A stretch of DNA of 64,000 bases. It comes from Candidatus Kapaibacterium sp. (GTDB lineage: Bacteria > Bacteroidota > Ignavibacteria > Kapaibacteriales > UBA2268). The translations under genes were made by a program, and so were the position numbers. Shown in pieces: positions 40,578 to 50,544 of the stretch; within the stretch, counting starts at the first letter, position 1; each line of letters opens with the position of its first letter. The DNA is taken from contig OY762428.1 of NCBI GenBank assembly GCA_963665665.1, forward strand, positions 3,648,001-3,712,000. Reading direction: 5' to 3'. The notes beneath the pieces were generated by a model. That model saw only the letters and a program-made list of their open reading frames with translations, was not told the DNA's origin and searched no databases.

Positions 40578-41023
40578 TGTCATTTCCAAAAAATTGTTTG
40601 CTTTATTTCTAAACTCTAAGATAATATCCCGACTTGAGATATAAAAATTTATTGTTTATCCTAAGCGTTTCAGGAGCAATAATTGCTTTTTCCGATTGAA
40701 ATAATTATTAAGCCGGAAAATGTTGCATTGAAGCAAGTGAAGGAGTCATTCTTCAGGATTTTATCATAGAAACAAGTGTATTCTTTATTTCGATTCTGCC
40801 ACTGCCGAAGAATTTTATTCTTTCCCGGGGGCTTGAAAACGCATAATTTGGAGAAATTATTCCCTGAATGTAATTGAATTACAGCGATCCCGATCATATT
40901 CCTGTCGAATTTTTACTTATTTCCTATCCGTACTCGTAATTGCCTGATATTATTGATATTAATATCGTTGACACATCCTTCTGAAACGATTTTTTACAGC
41001 CAAAATCCCTTTTTCTGAGCCTT

Positions 41024-41301
41024 CCGAGCATTCCCTCGTGCCTGCCGAGCGTTCCCTCGTGCCTTCCGAGCGTTCCCCCGACCCTGTCGAGCGTTCCCTC
41101 GTGCCTGCCGAGCGTTCCCCCGTGCTTTCCGAGCGTTCCCCTGAGCTTTCCGAGCGTTCCCTCATGCCTGCCGAGCGTTCCCCTGAGCTTTCCGAGCGTT
41201 CCCTCATGCCTGCCGAGCGTTCCCCCGTGCTTTCCGAGCGTTCCCCCGAGCTTTCCGAGCATTCCCTCGTGCTTTCCGAGCGTTCCCCCGTCCTTTCCGA
41301 G
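41024..41301. repeat. Tandem array of 13 x 21-bp imperfect repeats, consensus about CCGAGCGTTCCCYCGTGCYTK
   Basis: Units start every 21 bp from 41024 to 41276, with no spacers. Confidence 0.95.
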
Positions 41302-41587
41302 ACACTTTTTCAGGTAAAATTTTACTCAGAAAAGACAGAGTTTCACTTTTTTGATATAGAATTTCGCTCTATTGGTCAGTTCATTTCCCTTGATCAGTTG
41401 ATGTTTTTTTCGGAAAGTAGCCCAATTCGCTATGACGATGAAAATATTCAGTTCAAAAACATTGAAGTTTGCTATGCCCGGCAAATTTAATGATCATTTT
41501 GCACAGAATTTCAATCGGATGAGGGTAGAGATAACTAAGTAACAATATGTATTAGGTTTCGGAGAGTATAATCTTGCAATACAAGCT

Positions 41588-41767
41588 TTAATCCCCGATA
41601 TTTGATACTGACCAGTTAATCTTTCTAAGTGGTTTCCTGCGTTTATATACAGGAGGGCTGTCAATTTTATACACAATCGGTGTCGGGTTTCTTAAAGTAG
41701 CTGTTTGGTCGATTTCGATAATCGACAATACTAATGAGATCGTTATTGATATAAAAAGGTTTTTCAT
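41588..41767 (-). CDS. Putative 59-aa small protein with a hydrophobic N-terminus
   Basis: Manual translation MKNLFISITISLVLSIIEIDQTATLRNPTPIVYKIDSPPVYKRRKPLRKINWSVSNIGD. Below the ORF-track cutoff. Confidence 0.35.
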   Translation of the reverse strand: MKNLFISITISLVLSIIEIDQTATLRNPTPIVYKIDSPPVYKRRKPLRKINWSVSNIGD

Positions 41768-41955
41768 ATTGAAATATGATAAAATTTATAATAATATGCA
41801 AGTATGAAAGAAGAAATTTCTATTGTAAACGGGTACTCAGAAACATCAATGGAAACATCAATGTATTTTCAATATGCAGGAGAAGCATTTCGATATCTTT
41901 TATTATTTTTGTAGAATATTTGTAGAATAATTTATGGACAAATTTGGTTGAAGAA

Positions 41956-42918
41956 ATGAAACTCCCGCAATTTTCAGACATTATCTCTGCATCAGAAGTT
42001 TTAAAAGGTTTTGCTCACAGGACACCTGTACTTACTTCAAGAATGATTGATGATATATTTTCCTGCAATCTTTATTTCAAATGTGAAAATTTTCAACGCG
42101 CCGGAGCGTTTAAATTTCGCGGGGCTTTTAATTCAGTATCGAATCTTGATGATCAATCTGCTGCGAAAGGAGTTGCCACTCATTCTTCCGGAAACTTTGC
42201 ACAGGCACTGGCACTTGCTGCCAAAATGAGAAACATACCTGCTTACATTGTAATGCCGGAAACTGCGCCCAAAGCAAAAGTTAATGCCGTTAAGGGCTAT
42301 GGCGCAAATATTACTTTCTGCAAGCCAACCCTTGAAGCAAGGGAATCAACCCTGGATAATGTAGTTGCTGAAACCGGGGCAGTCTTTCTTCATCCTTATG
42401 ATAATTTTCACGTAATAGCAGGCCAGGGAACCTCTGCGTTCGAACTTCTGACAGATTTCCCTGATATTGATACAATTATTGCCCCGGTCGGCGGGGGAGG
42501 GCTGATAAGCGGAACGGCAACGGCAGCCAAGGCAATGCGTCATGATATAAACGTTCTTGCAGGCGAACCCCAGGGAGCTGATGATGCTTACCGTTCATTT
42601 ACTACAGGAGAGTTTGTTGCTTCAGTTAATCCCAACACAATAGCCGACGGCCTTCTGACTTCCCTTGGGAAGCTGACATTCCCAATAATCCGTGAAAAAG
42701 TGGATTCTGTTATAACTGTACCGGACGAAATTACAATAGAAATTATGAAGCTGATATTCGAAAGAATGAAATTGGTTATCGAGCCTTCATCGGCAGTGGC
42801 AGTTGCGGCCATTTATTCTCAGAAGGAAGCCCTGAAAGACAGGAAAATCGGTATTATTATAAGTGGCGGCAACCTGGATCTTGATAATCTGCCCTGGCAG
42901 AATAATATTGTGAAATAA
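41956..42918 (+). CDS. PLP-dependent serine/threonine dehydratase / serine racemase family
   Basis: FKCENFQRAGAFKFRGA, HSSGNFAQ, PVGGGGLISG, IEPSSA, ISGGN. Confidence 0.92.
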   Translation: MKLPQFSDIISASEVLKGFAHRTPVLTSRMIDDIFSCNLYFKCENFQRAGAFKFRGAFNSVSNLDDQSAAKGVATHSSGNFAQALALAAKMRNIPAYIVMPETAPKAKVNAVKGYGANITFCKPTLEARESTLDNVVAETGAVFLHPYDNFHVIAGQGTSAFELLTDFPDIDTIIAPVGGGGLISGTATAAKAMRHDINVLAGEPQGADDAYRSFTTGEFVASVNPNTIADGLLTSLGKLTFPIIREKVDSVITVPDEITIEIMKLIFERMKLVIEPSSAVAVAAIYSQKEALKDRKIGIIISGGNLDLDNLPWQNNIVK

Positions 42919-43130
42919 TTGCAATATTTATTACCATCCATGGAAATTTTTCTTAAATGAAAAAGTTTGATTTTAATATTCCAATAGCCTGATGTGTTAA
43001 TGCAAATAATTTATGCCTCAGCTCTGTATATAATATATTTGGAATAAATTATTGATATATATAATTTGCAGCAAAATGATTAATTGGTTAAAATTTTACT
43101 TAAATATTTTTTGAAAAAGGGGAATTTTTA

Positions 43131-44165
43131 ATGCTGCGCAATTCGTTAATTTTTATAATTTTGATATTATTTTTCTTTTCCTGCGGGGACGATAGCGGAA
43201 CCAATAATGGAAATTCAGATTCCTTATGGATATATTACAATTTTAGGCCTGATAACGACCAGCCATTTGTAATCGAGAGAATGGACCTTCAAACAGGCAA
43301 GAGATATGAAATTATTGATTCTGCCGAATTAGCATCTCTGCCTGTAAATAACAGACTGATATTTAAGAGATATGATGAGGAAGAAGATAGTCAGGGGCAT
43401 AAAACCGGAACCAATCAGCTATGGGTTTCTGCTGCCGATGGCAAAAACAGGCAATTGCTGATAGAAAAAGAATATGACCAAAATCAATTCGAAGCCTGGA
43501 TGTTGAATGACGGAAATACTGCTGTATTGCTTTCAAACAAAGAATTATCAGTTATTGGCATTGATGATGGAAGTGAAGAAAAGATAAGCAATACGCCTTC
43601 TTACCTGAATATTCATTACATGGCCATTGCTCCGGACGGATCAGGAGGAGCATTTTTCTCCAATAATTGTTTATATATAGTTGATCACGAGGCAAAAACA
43701 CTAAGGGAAATTGATATTCCGGATTGTAATCTGGATTCTTTTTTTTCATACGACCAGCAAGGTAAAAATATAATAGGCAAAATTAATGGCAATGAAACGA
43801 ATACTCTGGTAAAAATTAATTTGGAATCTGCTGATATTGATACAATTGGAACCGGAAAAAGTTTTAACAGGCCTTACTTACTTGCAAATGGCGAAATTAT
43901 TTTTAATGAATTAGAACCTAACGCACAGTATCGTAATTATTTTTATAATGTTTGGGTGATCAAACCCGGCAGTACCGTACCCCAAATATTAAGCCCGAAA
44001 GAAGGCAACGGCTACAGGCATATTTATCATAAAGAATTTGTTGGTAATGATGAAATCCTTCTCGGAAAAATCAGGCCTTATTCAGCTCACTACTATGATA
44101 AAATATACGCTTGCAATATCTACACGGGCGAATTAAGATTTCTTTGTGATGTAAATTTAATTTAA
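43131..44165 (+). CDS. Lipoprotein, TolB/DUF5050-like beta-propeller (paralogue 1)
   Basis: Lipobox FFSC followed by GDD. LWVSAADGKNRQLL, IAPDGS. Confidence 0.65.
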   Translation: MLRNSLIFIILILFFFSCGDDSGTNNGNSDSLWIYYNFRPDNDQPFVIERMDLQTGKRYEIIDSAELASLPVNNRLIFKRYDEEEDSQGHKTGTNQLWVSAADGKNRQLLIEKEYDQNQFEAWMLNDGNTAVLLSNKELSVIGIDDGSEEKISNTPSYLNIHYMAIAPDGSGGAFFSNNCLYIVDHEAKTLREIDIPDCNLDSFFSYDQQGKNIIGKINGNETNTLVKINLESADIDTIGTGKSFNRPYLLANGEIIFNELEPNAQYRNYFYNVWVIKPGSTVPQILSPKEGNGYRHIYHKEFVGNDEILLGKIRPYSAHYYDKIYACNIYTGELRFLCDVNLI

Positions 44166-44190
44166 TAATACTAACACACCGGAGATTATT

Positions 44191-45231
44191 ATGCTACGCA
44201 AATTTTGTTTATTCACTGTTATAATATTATTTTTCATGTCATGCGGGGATGATGATAATGGAACTACTACGACTGGGGACACTCCCGAATGGTTTTACAT
44301 GACGAGAACAACCGATAGCGAAGAATGCACCAATCATTATATTGAAAGAATTAATATCAACAATGGGAATGTGGAACATGTAATCGACAGTGCCAGGATG
44401 TTTTCACGTCCCGGCGGCGGCAAACTTGCTTTTATAAGAACTTTAAGGCGGCTTACACAGGATAGCGGCCTGGTCGACGACAGGTATCTTTACATTTGTA
44501 ATGAGGATGGCAGTAATCCTGAACTACTATTGAATGAGAGCTTCGGGCAGATGACCTGCATTCCCCATATTTCGCCCGATGGCAAAAATATCTTAATGTC
44601 GGCAGGAAGTAATATTATGGATATTGATGTGGAAACAGGTGAAAAAAGGGAAATTATTAACGCCGGAGGATTTTTCAATTTGCATTTTGTTGCTTTCCGG
44701 GAAAATTCAAGCATCTGTGCCTTTGTTTTCAATAATGTTGTTGCTACCTATGATTTTGCCTTGAATTCACTCGAGGCACGTTTCCAAAGCGAAAATGATA
44801 TAAATGATGTTATTTGTTTCGATGAAACCGGCGATTATATTTTTGCAAATGTTAAAGCAGAAGATGATTACCTTTTGAAAATTGAAATTGCAACAGGCAA
44901 TGCCGATACTCTTGATAAGGGAAAAGACTATAAAAATTTATGCTGCAATAACGAAGGTATTGTGATATTTGCTGAAATGACAACACTTACAACAAATAAT
45001 TATATTTTTAATTTATGGAAAATGAATTCTGACGGCAGCAGTCCGGAAAAACTTATCCCGCTTGATGGGAACGGATATTATCACGCCCCTAATAAACCAT
45101 TTACAAATAATAACGAGCTTTTGGCAGGACGTGTTGTTCCAAATGGAAACGGCCGGTGCGATAATCTTGTGGGAATAAATATTTCAACTGGACACATCAG
45201 GCAAATCTGTAATGGATGCCTGAATGATTAG
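44191..45231 (+). CDS. Lipoprotein, TolB/DUF5050-like beta-propeller (paralogue 2)
   Basis: Lipobox FMSC followed by GDD. ICNEDGSNPELL, ISPDGK, LWKMNSDGSSPEKL. Colinear with the upstream gene. Confidence 0.65.
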   Translation: MLRKFCLFTVIILFFMSCGDDDNGTTTTGDTPEWFYMTRTTDSEECTNHYIERININNGNVEHVIDSARMFSRPGGGKLAFIRTLRRLTQDSGLVDDRYLYICNEDGSNPELLLNESFGQMTCIPHISPDGKNILMSAGSNIMDIDVETGEKREIINAGGFFNLHFVAFRENSSICAFVFNNVVATYDFALNSLEARFQSENDINDVICFDETGDYIFANVKAEDDYLLKIEIATGNADTLDKGKDYKNLCCNNEGIVIFAEMTTLTTNNYIFNLWKMNSDGSSPEKLIPLDGNGYYHAPNKPFTNNNELLAGRVVPNGNGRCDNLVGINISTGHIRQICNGCLND

Positions 45232-45258
45232 GTATTAATATAATAATTAGGAGAATCA

Positions 45259-45558
45259 ATGATAAAGCATGTTGTAATGTTCAGGATAAAAGAAGCCGAA
45301 GGGCTTAGCAAAGAAGAAAATATAATAAAAGCACAAAACTTACTGAAATCCCTGCCTTCGAAAATCGACCTTATCCGGGAGTACCAGGTGGGCATAAACG
45401 CAAAAGAATCGGAAAGAGCCGGAGATATTGTACTTATTTCAGCTTTTGATAATATGGAAAAACTTGCTGAATACAGTTCACACCCTGAGCATCAGGCTGT
45501 GGTTTCATTCCTGAAAAAAGTATGGTTCGACGTAATGGTTGTAGACTACGAGTATTGA
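45259..45558 (+). CDS. Dabb family (stress-responsive A/B barrel) protein
   Basis: MIKHVVMFRIK...YSSHPEHQ...VVDYE. Confidence 0.9.
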   Translation: MIKHVVMFRIKEAEGLSKEENIIKAQNLLKSLPSKIDLIREYQVGINAKESERAGDIVLISAFDNMEKLAEYSSHPEHQAVVSFLKKVWFDVMVVDYEY

Positions 45559-45587
45559 TTATTATAAGGTTTGAACGATATACAAAT

Positions 45588-45677
45588 TAAAAAACCTTCC
45601 TTCCGCATTGGAAAAGAAGGTTAAGGGGGGGATGAAACTTTAGTTTTCAATAAATATTACATCATAATTCGTGCCAA
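45588..45677 (-). ncRNA. Candidate sigma54-dependent ~60-nt sRNA (promoter + body + terminator)
   Basis: Minus strand TTGGCACGAATTATGA (-24/-12-like), then AAACTAAAGTTTCATCCCCCCC and hairpin AACCTTCTTTTCC-aatgc-GGAAGGAAGGTT plus T-run. Confidence 0.5.
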
Positions 45678-45694
45678 CATTTAATAAAAGCAAT

Positions 45695-45724
45695 AAAAAA
45701 AGCCGGGAATCATCCCGGCTTTTA
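45695..45724. terminator. Intrinsic terminator of the DUF1573 gene
   Basis: AAAAGCCGGGA-atca-TCCCGGCTTTT. Confidence 0.75.
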
Positions 45725-45744
45725 TTAATTCTTTTTACATACGA

Positions 45745-46458
45745 TCAATTATTATTAAAGATCGGAGATTCTTTTACTTTTCCAAATCCGTCAATTTTCA
45801 GTGTTCTATAATCATCATTGCTTGTTGACATTCTAACCCTGACATTAAAGTATCCTTTCTTCTCAGGTTTTGCTTTTACTTTAATATCAATTTTCTCACC
45901 GGGTGCAAGTGTTACCGGAGAAGCCAGGCTTATAGACACATTGTCCGGCTTAACTTCATAATCTGATAAAGTAACCTCTTCCTTGGAATTGTTCTTAACC
46001 CAGAATGATACTTCTTCACTTGTTCCTACCTGCATTTCATCAAAGGAAAAATAAGAATTTGGCCCGATTTCAATTTCCCTGACAACATTTGCTTTCAGCC
46101 AAAGAACTTTTCTCTTTTTCGTGGGATCGTTCGAACTGATATAAATCGTTTTGCTAACGGCACCAGAACGGCTGCCGATCCTTAGCGAAACATGCATAAC
46201 CGTAGATTCACCAGGCTTCAGTTCATTCTTGTCCAGCGGAGCTGTTGTACACCCGCAAGTAGGTTTTACATTAGTTATTTTCAGTGTTTCGTTACCGGTA
46301 TTTTTAAGAACAATATCAGCTTTCAGCGGAGAGTCGTTTGGCTTAACATCCTTCCAATTATATGTATCACCACCCTGAATTTCCAGTTTAGGCTGTGCAA
46401 GAGCAGCGGCTGCCGAGAAAACTCCAAAAGCCAGTAGAACAAATAAAATCCTCTTCAT
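45745..46458 (-). CDS. DUF1573 domain secreted protein
   Basis: Signal peptide. KNTGNETLKITNVKPTCGCT...LKPGES, plus a second Ig-like domain. Confidence 0.88.
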   Translation of the reverse strand: MKRILFVLLAFGVFSAAAALAQPKLEIQGGDTYNWKDVKPNDSPLKADIVLKNTGNETLKITNVKPTCGCTTAPLDKNELKPGESTVMHVSLRIGSRSGAVSKTIYISSNDPTKKRKVLWLKANVVREIEIGPNSYFSFDEMQVGTSEEVSFWVKNNSKEEVTLSDYEVKPDNVSISLASPVTLAPGEKIDIKVKAKPEKKGYFNVRVRMSTSNDDYRTLKIDGFGKVKESPIFNNN

Positions 46459-46639
46459 AATTTATACTCCATAAAACAGAATACGACTATAGTAAATTTC
46501 TAACAGGTCAACTTACAAAAGTAAAAAAACTCTGCTTATCAAAAAAATACTCTTTATATAATAACACTACATAATTTAATATGTCACATCACAAATTATT
46601 ATTATTTTTAATACGAGATGAAAATGCAAAAGGATTCGT

Positions 46640-47710
46640 ATGAATAAAAAAATTAGTGATTTTCTCAGGAAGTTTGTTGTTTACGCAATATTTTGGGCTA
46701 TAGCCTATTCTTTTTTCATATCAATAAAACTAACAAGTATTGAATTTACCCTTGATGTATTGAACGAACCGGATTTCAGATGGACGAGCCTGTATTTTGG
46801 TTCTTTTATAGGTGCAGTTTTCCTGTCGTTCATGCTTACATTTTTCGATGAAATATTATTTCCCAAACGTCTTCAAAGAAGTTCGTTTTCGTTGAATATT
46901 GCAATAAAAACTTTCACGTATTTCATTATTATTAACCTCACAATTTATTTAGTCTTTTTCTATTTTTCATTTTTCAGGGAATTTGATTCAAAGACGGTTA
47001 GAATATTTTTCAAATCCGGCACATATATCGGGTTTTCAATTTTCGGGCTGGTTTGCATAGCTTTGCTGAATTTCTTTCGCCAAATGTTTGATTATATTGG
47101 CAAAAGAAAACTATTTCGGCTGATAAGCGGTTATTATCACAAGCCCAGGAAAGAAGAAAGAGTTTTTATGTTTTTGGATATTAAGTCCTCCACAACTCTT
47201 GCCGAATCGATGGGTGAGATTGAATACAGCAGAATGCTTACCGATTTCTTTCATGATATTTCCATGCCGATAAAAAAATTCGGTGGCAGTATTTATCAAT
47301 ATGTTGGCGACGAAGCTGTTATCACCTGGCTGAAAAATGACGGCATCAGTAATTCTGCATGTGTGGAATGCTTCTTTGCTATCGAGGATGTAATAATTGA
47401 ACGGTCGGATATTTATCTGGAAAAATTCGGAGTTGTGCCCGAATTCCGTGCAGGCATGCATGCCGGGCCAGTGGTTACTACGGAGGTAGGAACTTTGAAA
47501 AAAGATATTGTTCACCATGGCGATACCGTTAATACAGCTTCTCGGATACAGGAAGAGTGTTCGGCCAGAGGCCTGGAGCTTCTGATATCATCCAACCTGT
47601 TCGAGCTGCTAAACCTGCCATATTATTTCAGCCTGAAAATGCTTGGCGAAATCAGCCTGAAAGGACGAGAAGAACCAATAGAGCTGCTAAGTATAACGTA
47701 CACAGGATAG
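46640..47710 (+). CDS. Membrane-bound class III adenylate/guanylate cyclase
   Basis: About four TM segments. FLDIKSST, YVGDE, GMHAGPV, HGDTVNTASRI, LKGR. Confidence 0.9.
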   Translation: MNKKISDFLRKFVVYAIFWAIAYSFFISIKLTSIEFTLDVLNEPDFRWTSLYFGSFIGAVFLSFMLTFFDEILFPKRLQRSSFSLNIAIKTFTYFIIINLTIYLVFFYFSFFREFDSKTVRIFFKSGTYIGFSIFGLVCIALLNFFRQMFDYIGKRKLFRLISGYYHKPRKEERVFMFLDIKSSTTLAESMGEIEYSRMLTDFFHDISMPIKKFGGSIYQYVGDEAVITWLKNDGISNSACVECFFAIEDVIIERSDIYLEKFGVVPEFRAGMHAGPVVTTEVGTLKKDIVHHGDTVNTASRIQEECSARGLELLISSNLFELLNLPYYFSLKMLGEISLKGREEPIELLSITYTG

Positions 47711-47811
47711 AAAATCCCGGGACAGCAAAAAAGGAATTAATTTTTTCTGTCTCTACAAAAATTTGTAAATTCTTTTTGAATAAATTCGTGAAATATTTTC
47801 GAGATATTATT

Positions 47812-48942
47812 ATGGATATAAATGTTTACCCGATCAGCGGAAGCGCCGGAATCAAAAAATTTGTTAAATCACAGTTTAAGTTTTATAAAAACGACCCGAA
47901 TTTTGTTCCTAAAATGATTGCTGAAAGTACAAAGCAACTTAACAAAGAGAAGAATCCTTTCTTTGAGCATTCAGATATACAGCTTTATCTTGCCGAAAAA
48001 AATGGTGAAATTGCAGGCCGTATAGCTGCTATTAAAAACGGAAATCATAACAAAACACATAAAGACAAAGTTGGATTCTTTGGCTTTTTTGAATGTATTG
48101 ACGATCAGGACGTAGCCAACGCTTTGTTTACCGCTGCCGAGGACTGGCTGAAAAAACAGGGGTTTGATACCATCAGGGGCCCGATGAACCCCTCACTTAA
48201 TGATGAGTGTGCCCTTCTTATCGACGGTTTTGATTCGCCGCCGGTTGTAATGATGCCCTACAATCCTAAATATTACTTGAAACTTATCGAAGGAGCCGGG
48301 CTTGCCAAGGCCAAGGACCTGAATGCATACTTCCTTGATCAAAAAACTTTTAAAGACCCCAAAATTGACAGGCTGCAAAATATTATCAGAAAAAGGCATA
48401 ATATTGTTGTAAGGAATGTTAATTTTAAAAATAAAGAGCAGTATCATAAGGATGTTGATACTCTTAAGTATCTATACAATGAAGCATGGGAGCCGAATTG
48501 GGGGTTTGTAAAAATGACAGAACATGAATTCGACCATCTCGCCGCAGACCTCAAAAAAGTTGCCGAACCCAGCTTTACAATGATAGTTGAAGTAGACGGA
48601 GAACCGGCTGGTTTTGCTCTTGGACTTCCGGATATTAACCAGTGCCTTATACATAATAAAAAAGGCGGTACTCTCGGTGGTATTTATCATTTACTGACAA
48701 AGTACAATAAAATTGATTCTTTAAGAATAATTGTTCTGGGTATAATACCAAAATATCAAAAATCAGGCGCTGACGCCGTTCTATATTGGGAGTTTGGCGA
48801 AAGAGCCCCTAAACTTGGTATTGAAAACGCAGAGGCTTCATGGGTGTTGGAGGACAACCTGATGATGAACAGAGGTCTTACCATTACTATGAAGGGCAAA
48901 CTTTACAAAAGATACAGGATTTATGAAAAAGCGATCGATTAA
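47812..48942 (+). CDS. GNAT-fold N-acetyltransferase (YghO-like)
   Basis: NPFFEH, GRIAA, GFFGFFEC, GPMNPS, MPYNPKYY, WEPNWGFV, SWVLEDN. Start at MDINVY rather than 47557. Confidence 0.85.
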   Translation: MDINVYPISGSAGIKKFVKSQFKFYKNDPNFVPKMIAESTKQLNKEKNPFFEHSDIQLYLAEKNGEIAGRIAAIKNGNHNKTHKDKVGFFGFFECIDDQDVANALFTAAEDWLKKQGFDTIRGPMNPSLNDECALLIDGFDSPPVVMMPYNPKYYLKLIEGAGLAKAKDLNAYFLDQKTFKDPKIDRLQNIIRKRHNIVVRNVNFKNKEQYHKDVDTLKYLYNEAWEPNWGFVKMTEHEFDHLAADLKKVAEPSFTMIVEVDGEPAGFALGLPDINQCLIHNKKGGTLGGIYHLLTKYNKIDSLRIIVLGIIPKYQKSGADAVLYWEFGERAPKLGIENAEASWVLEDNLMMNRGLTITMKGKLYKRYRIYEKAID

Positions 48943-49024
48943 ATAATCCGGGCCGAATATTTGATTTTTGCCGGTTTTTATAACCGGCATTTTTTTTAGT
49001 GATCTTTGCTGAAATTGATAATAG

Positions 49025-49318
49025 TTAGAGTTCAATTTTCAGATTGAAATCATTTTCTTTTTTACCGGTATTTTTTTCTTTATCGATATATTCCCTGATA
49101 ACCGGTTTTACATATATATCATCGATATTTTCATTAATAAGGCAGCGTGCCAGAACTGAAGACTGCATTTCAAGGGGCGTGGTTCGATTGAAAAGAACTA
49201 CACGTTTCTCATTCAGAATGCAGTAACCACTTCTGAATCGTCCCTGATCCCTGCGTACGGTAATACCTTTTTGCCTGGCTACTTCTTTCAGTTCGTCAAA
49301 TATTTCGTGGATCTTCAT
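49025..49318 (-). CDS. Conserved hypothetical protein
   Basis: AGGT RBS. GITVRRDQGRFRSGYCIL motif. Confidence 0.65.
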   Translation of the reverse strand: MKIHEIFDELKEVARQKGITVRRDQGRFRSGYCILNEKRVVLFNRTTPLEMQSSVLARCLINENIDDIYVKPVIREYIDKEKNTGKKENDFNLKIEL

Positions 49319-49341
49319 AGTTGAATACCTTTATTTAAATA

Positions 49342-49878
49342 TCAGTTATTCTGATTATTCAGAGGCCTCCAGATTACAAATACTATGGCAGTAAGCCCGG
49401 AAAGGAATGAAAGCCCGGAGGGAACAGTTATCAACGGGTTCGTAAGACGCCCGATGAAATGATCCTGAATAGCCGGGTGGTTTATGTCTCTGACATTATC
49501 CCAAAACACTGACAGGCCAAGCTGTATGTCATGATAAATCAGCACAGTTTCTGCCGGCACACACAGTATGAATAGGATTATGGCCATAAACATCCAGCCT
49601 TTGCTTCTTAATTGCTTTCTTTTCAAAATAAATAATATAATTACGCAAAGCGCGGCAATGGCAAACCCGATATCGGAATAAACTGAGAGCATGGAAAATA
49701 TATAAACAGATTGCATAGCAATGTTAGTCGAATACGCGCTGTTCAGAACTATTTCCTCGCCAGGTTTCACCAGGTCGAAAGCAATAAATGAACGTGCCAG
49801 GGAAATACCCATCCATAGTATATACCCGATTGCCATCAGGCTTAATATCAATTTATCCGTTTTTGTCTTTTGCTGCAT
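49342..49878 (-). CDS. Membrane protein, about four TM helices
   Basis: Hydrophobic segments, ends in VIWRP. Confidence 0.7.
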   Translation of the reverse strand: MQQKTKTDKLILSLMAIGYILWMGISLARSFIAFDLVKPGEEIVLNSAYSTNIAMQSVYIFSMLSVYSDIGFAIAALCVIILFILKRKQLRSKGWMFMAIILFILCVPAETVLIYHDIQLGLSVFWDNVRDINHPAIQDHFIGRLTNPLITVPSGLSFLSGLTAIVFVIWRPLNNQNN

Positions 49879-49978
49879 GCCTTTAACCGTATTATTACAT
49901 CAGTACAAAAATAATAATTACAACGCTAAAGTTATCCACAAAATTTTGGGAATGATATTAAAAATTTTTACTGAAAGG

Positions 49979-50410
49979 TTATTTTTCAGGAATAACTTCC
50001 AGGCTTACACGGGCAGTACCGTTTTTGATCATATCCAGTTTCCTGGCAGCAGCCTCGGAAACATCGAGAATCCTTCCGGGTTTGAAGGGGCCTCTGTCAT
50101 TGATCTTAACAATTACTGATTTCCCGTTATCCAGGTTTGTTACTTTTAACCTTGTTCCGAATTCAAGTGTTTTGTGAGCCGCCGTCATCGCGTTTTTATT
50201 AAATATTTCTCCGCTGGAAGTGCGCCTGCCGTGGTATTTGTCGGCATAATACGAAGCCCTTCCTGCCATTGCCTGCTCGGGATTATCATCAAAAAAACTT
50301 ATGCCGTCGAACTTACCTTTAAGTCCGGAAACATCAATATCCTCTTTGCTTACCGAGGCAAAAACAATTGAAACTGCCAGAAAGAAAAGTATATATTTGA
50401 ATAATTTCAT
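49979..50410 (-). CDS. rlpA: Septal ring lytic transglycosylase RlpA family (DPBB domain)
   Basis: GRASYYADKYHGRRTSSGE, MTAAHKTL, VKINDRGPF, RILDVSEAAA. Confidence 0.92.
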   Translation of the reverse strand: MKLFKYILFFLAVSIVFASVSKEDIDVSGLKGKFDGISFFDDNPEQAMAGRASYYADKYHGRRTSSGEIFNKNAMTAAHKTLEFGTRLKVTNLDNGKSVIVKINDRGPFKPGRILDVSEAAARKLDMIKNGTARVSLEVIPEK

Positions 50411-50451
50411 TACTTAATCAATTGATAATTTTACATATACTATCTGTATAA

Positions 50452-50467
50452 GCAGATTTGATGCCAA
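50452..50467 (-). promoter_or_regulatory. Sigma54-type promoter upstream of rlpA
   Basis: Minus strand TTGGCATCAAATCTGC has exact GG-N10-GC spacing, about 40 bp before the ATG. Confidence 0.55.
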
Positions 50468-50544
50468 ATTTACTTTCTTGTATTAATAGCAAAATCTTTC
50501 CCTGATTTTTCAGGGAAAGATCTTTATAATATTATCCAAATAAA

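Noticed and set aside
41024-41301. CRISPR array (also considered for 54351-54623)
   Set aside because: Units are contiguous 21-mers with no unique spacers, and there are no cas genes in the window.
40924-41490. Repeat-derived ORFs (GRHEGTL, SERSPVL) and 54264-54677 (HEPVPAS) as confident genes
   Set aside because: Stop-free 21-bp units leave several frames open automatically, and there is no clear RBS or start. Kept only as a hypothesis.
47557-47811. Extended N-terminus of the GNAT protein
   Set aside because: It overlaps the cyclase gene by 154 bp. Family-like sequence starts at ATG 47812.
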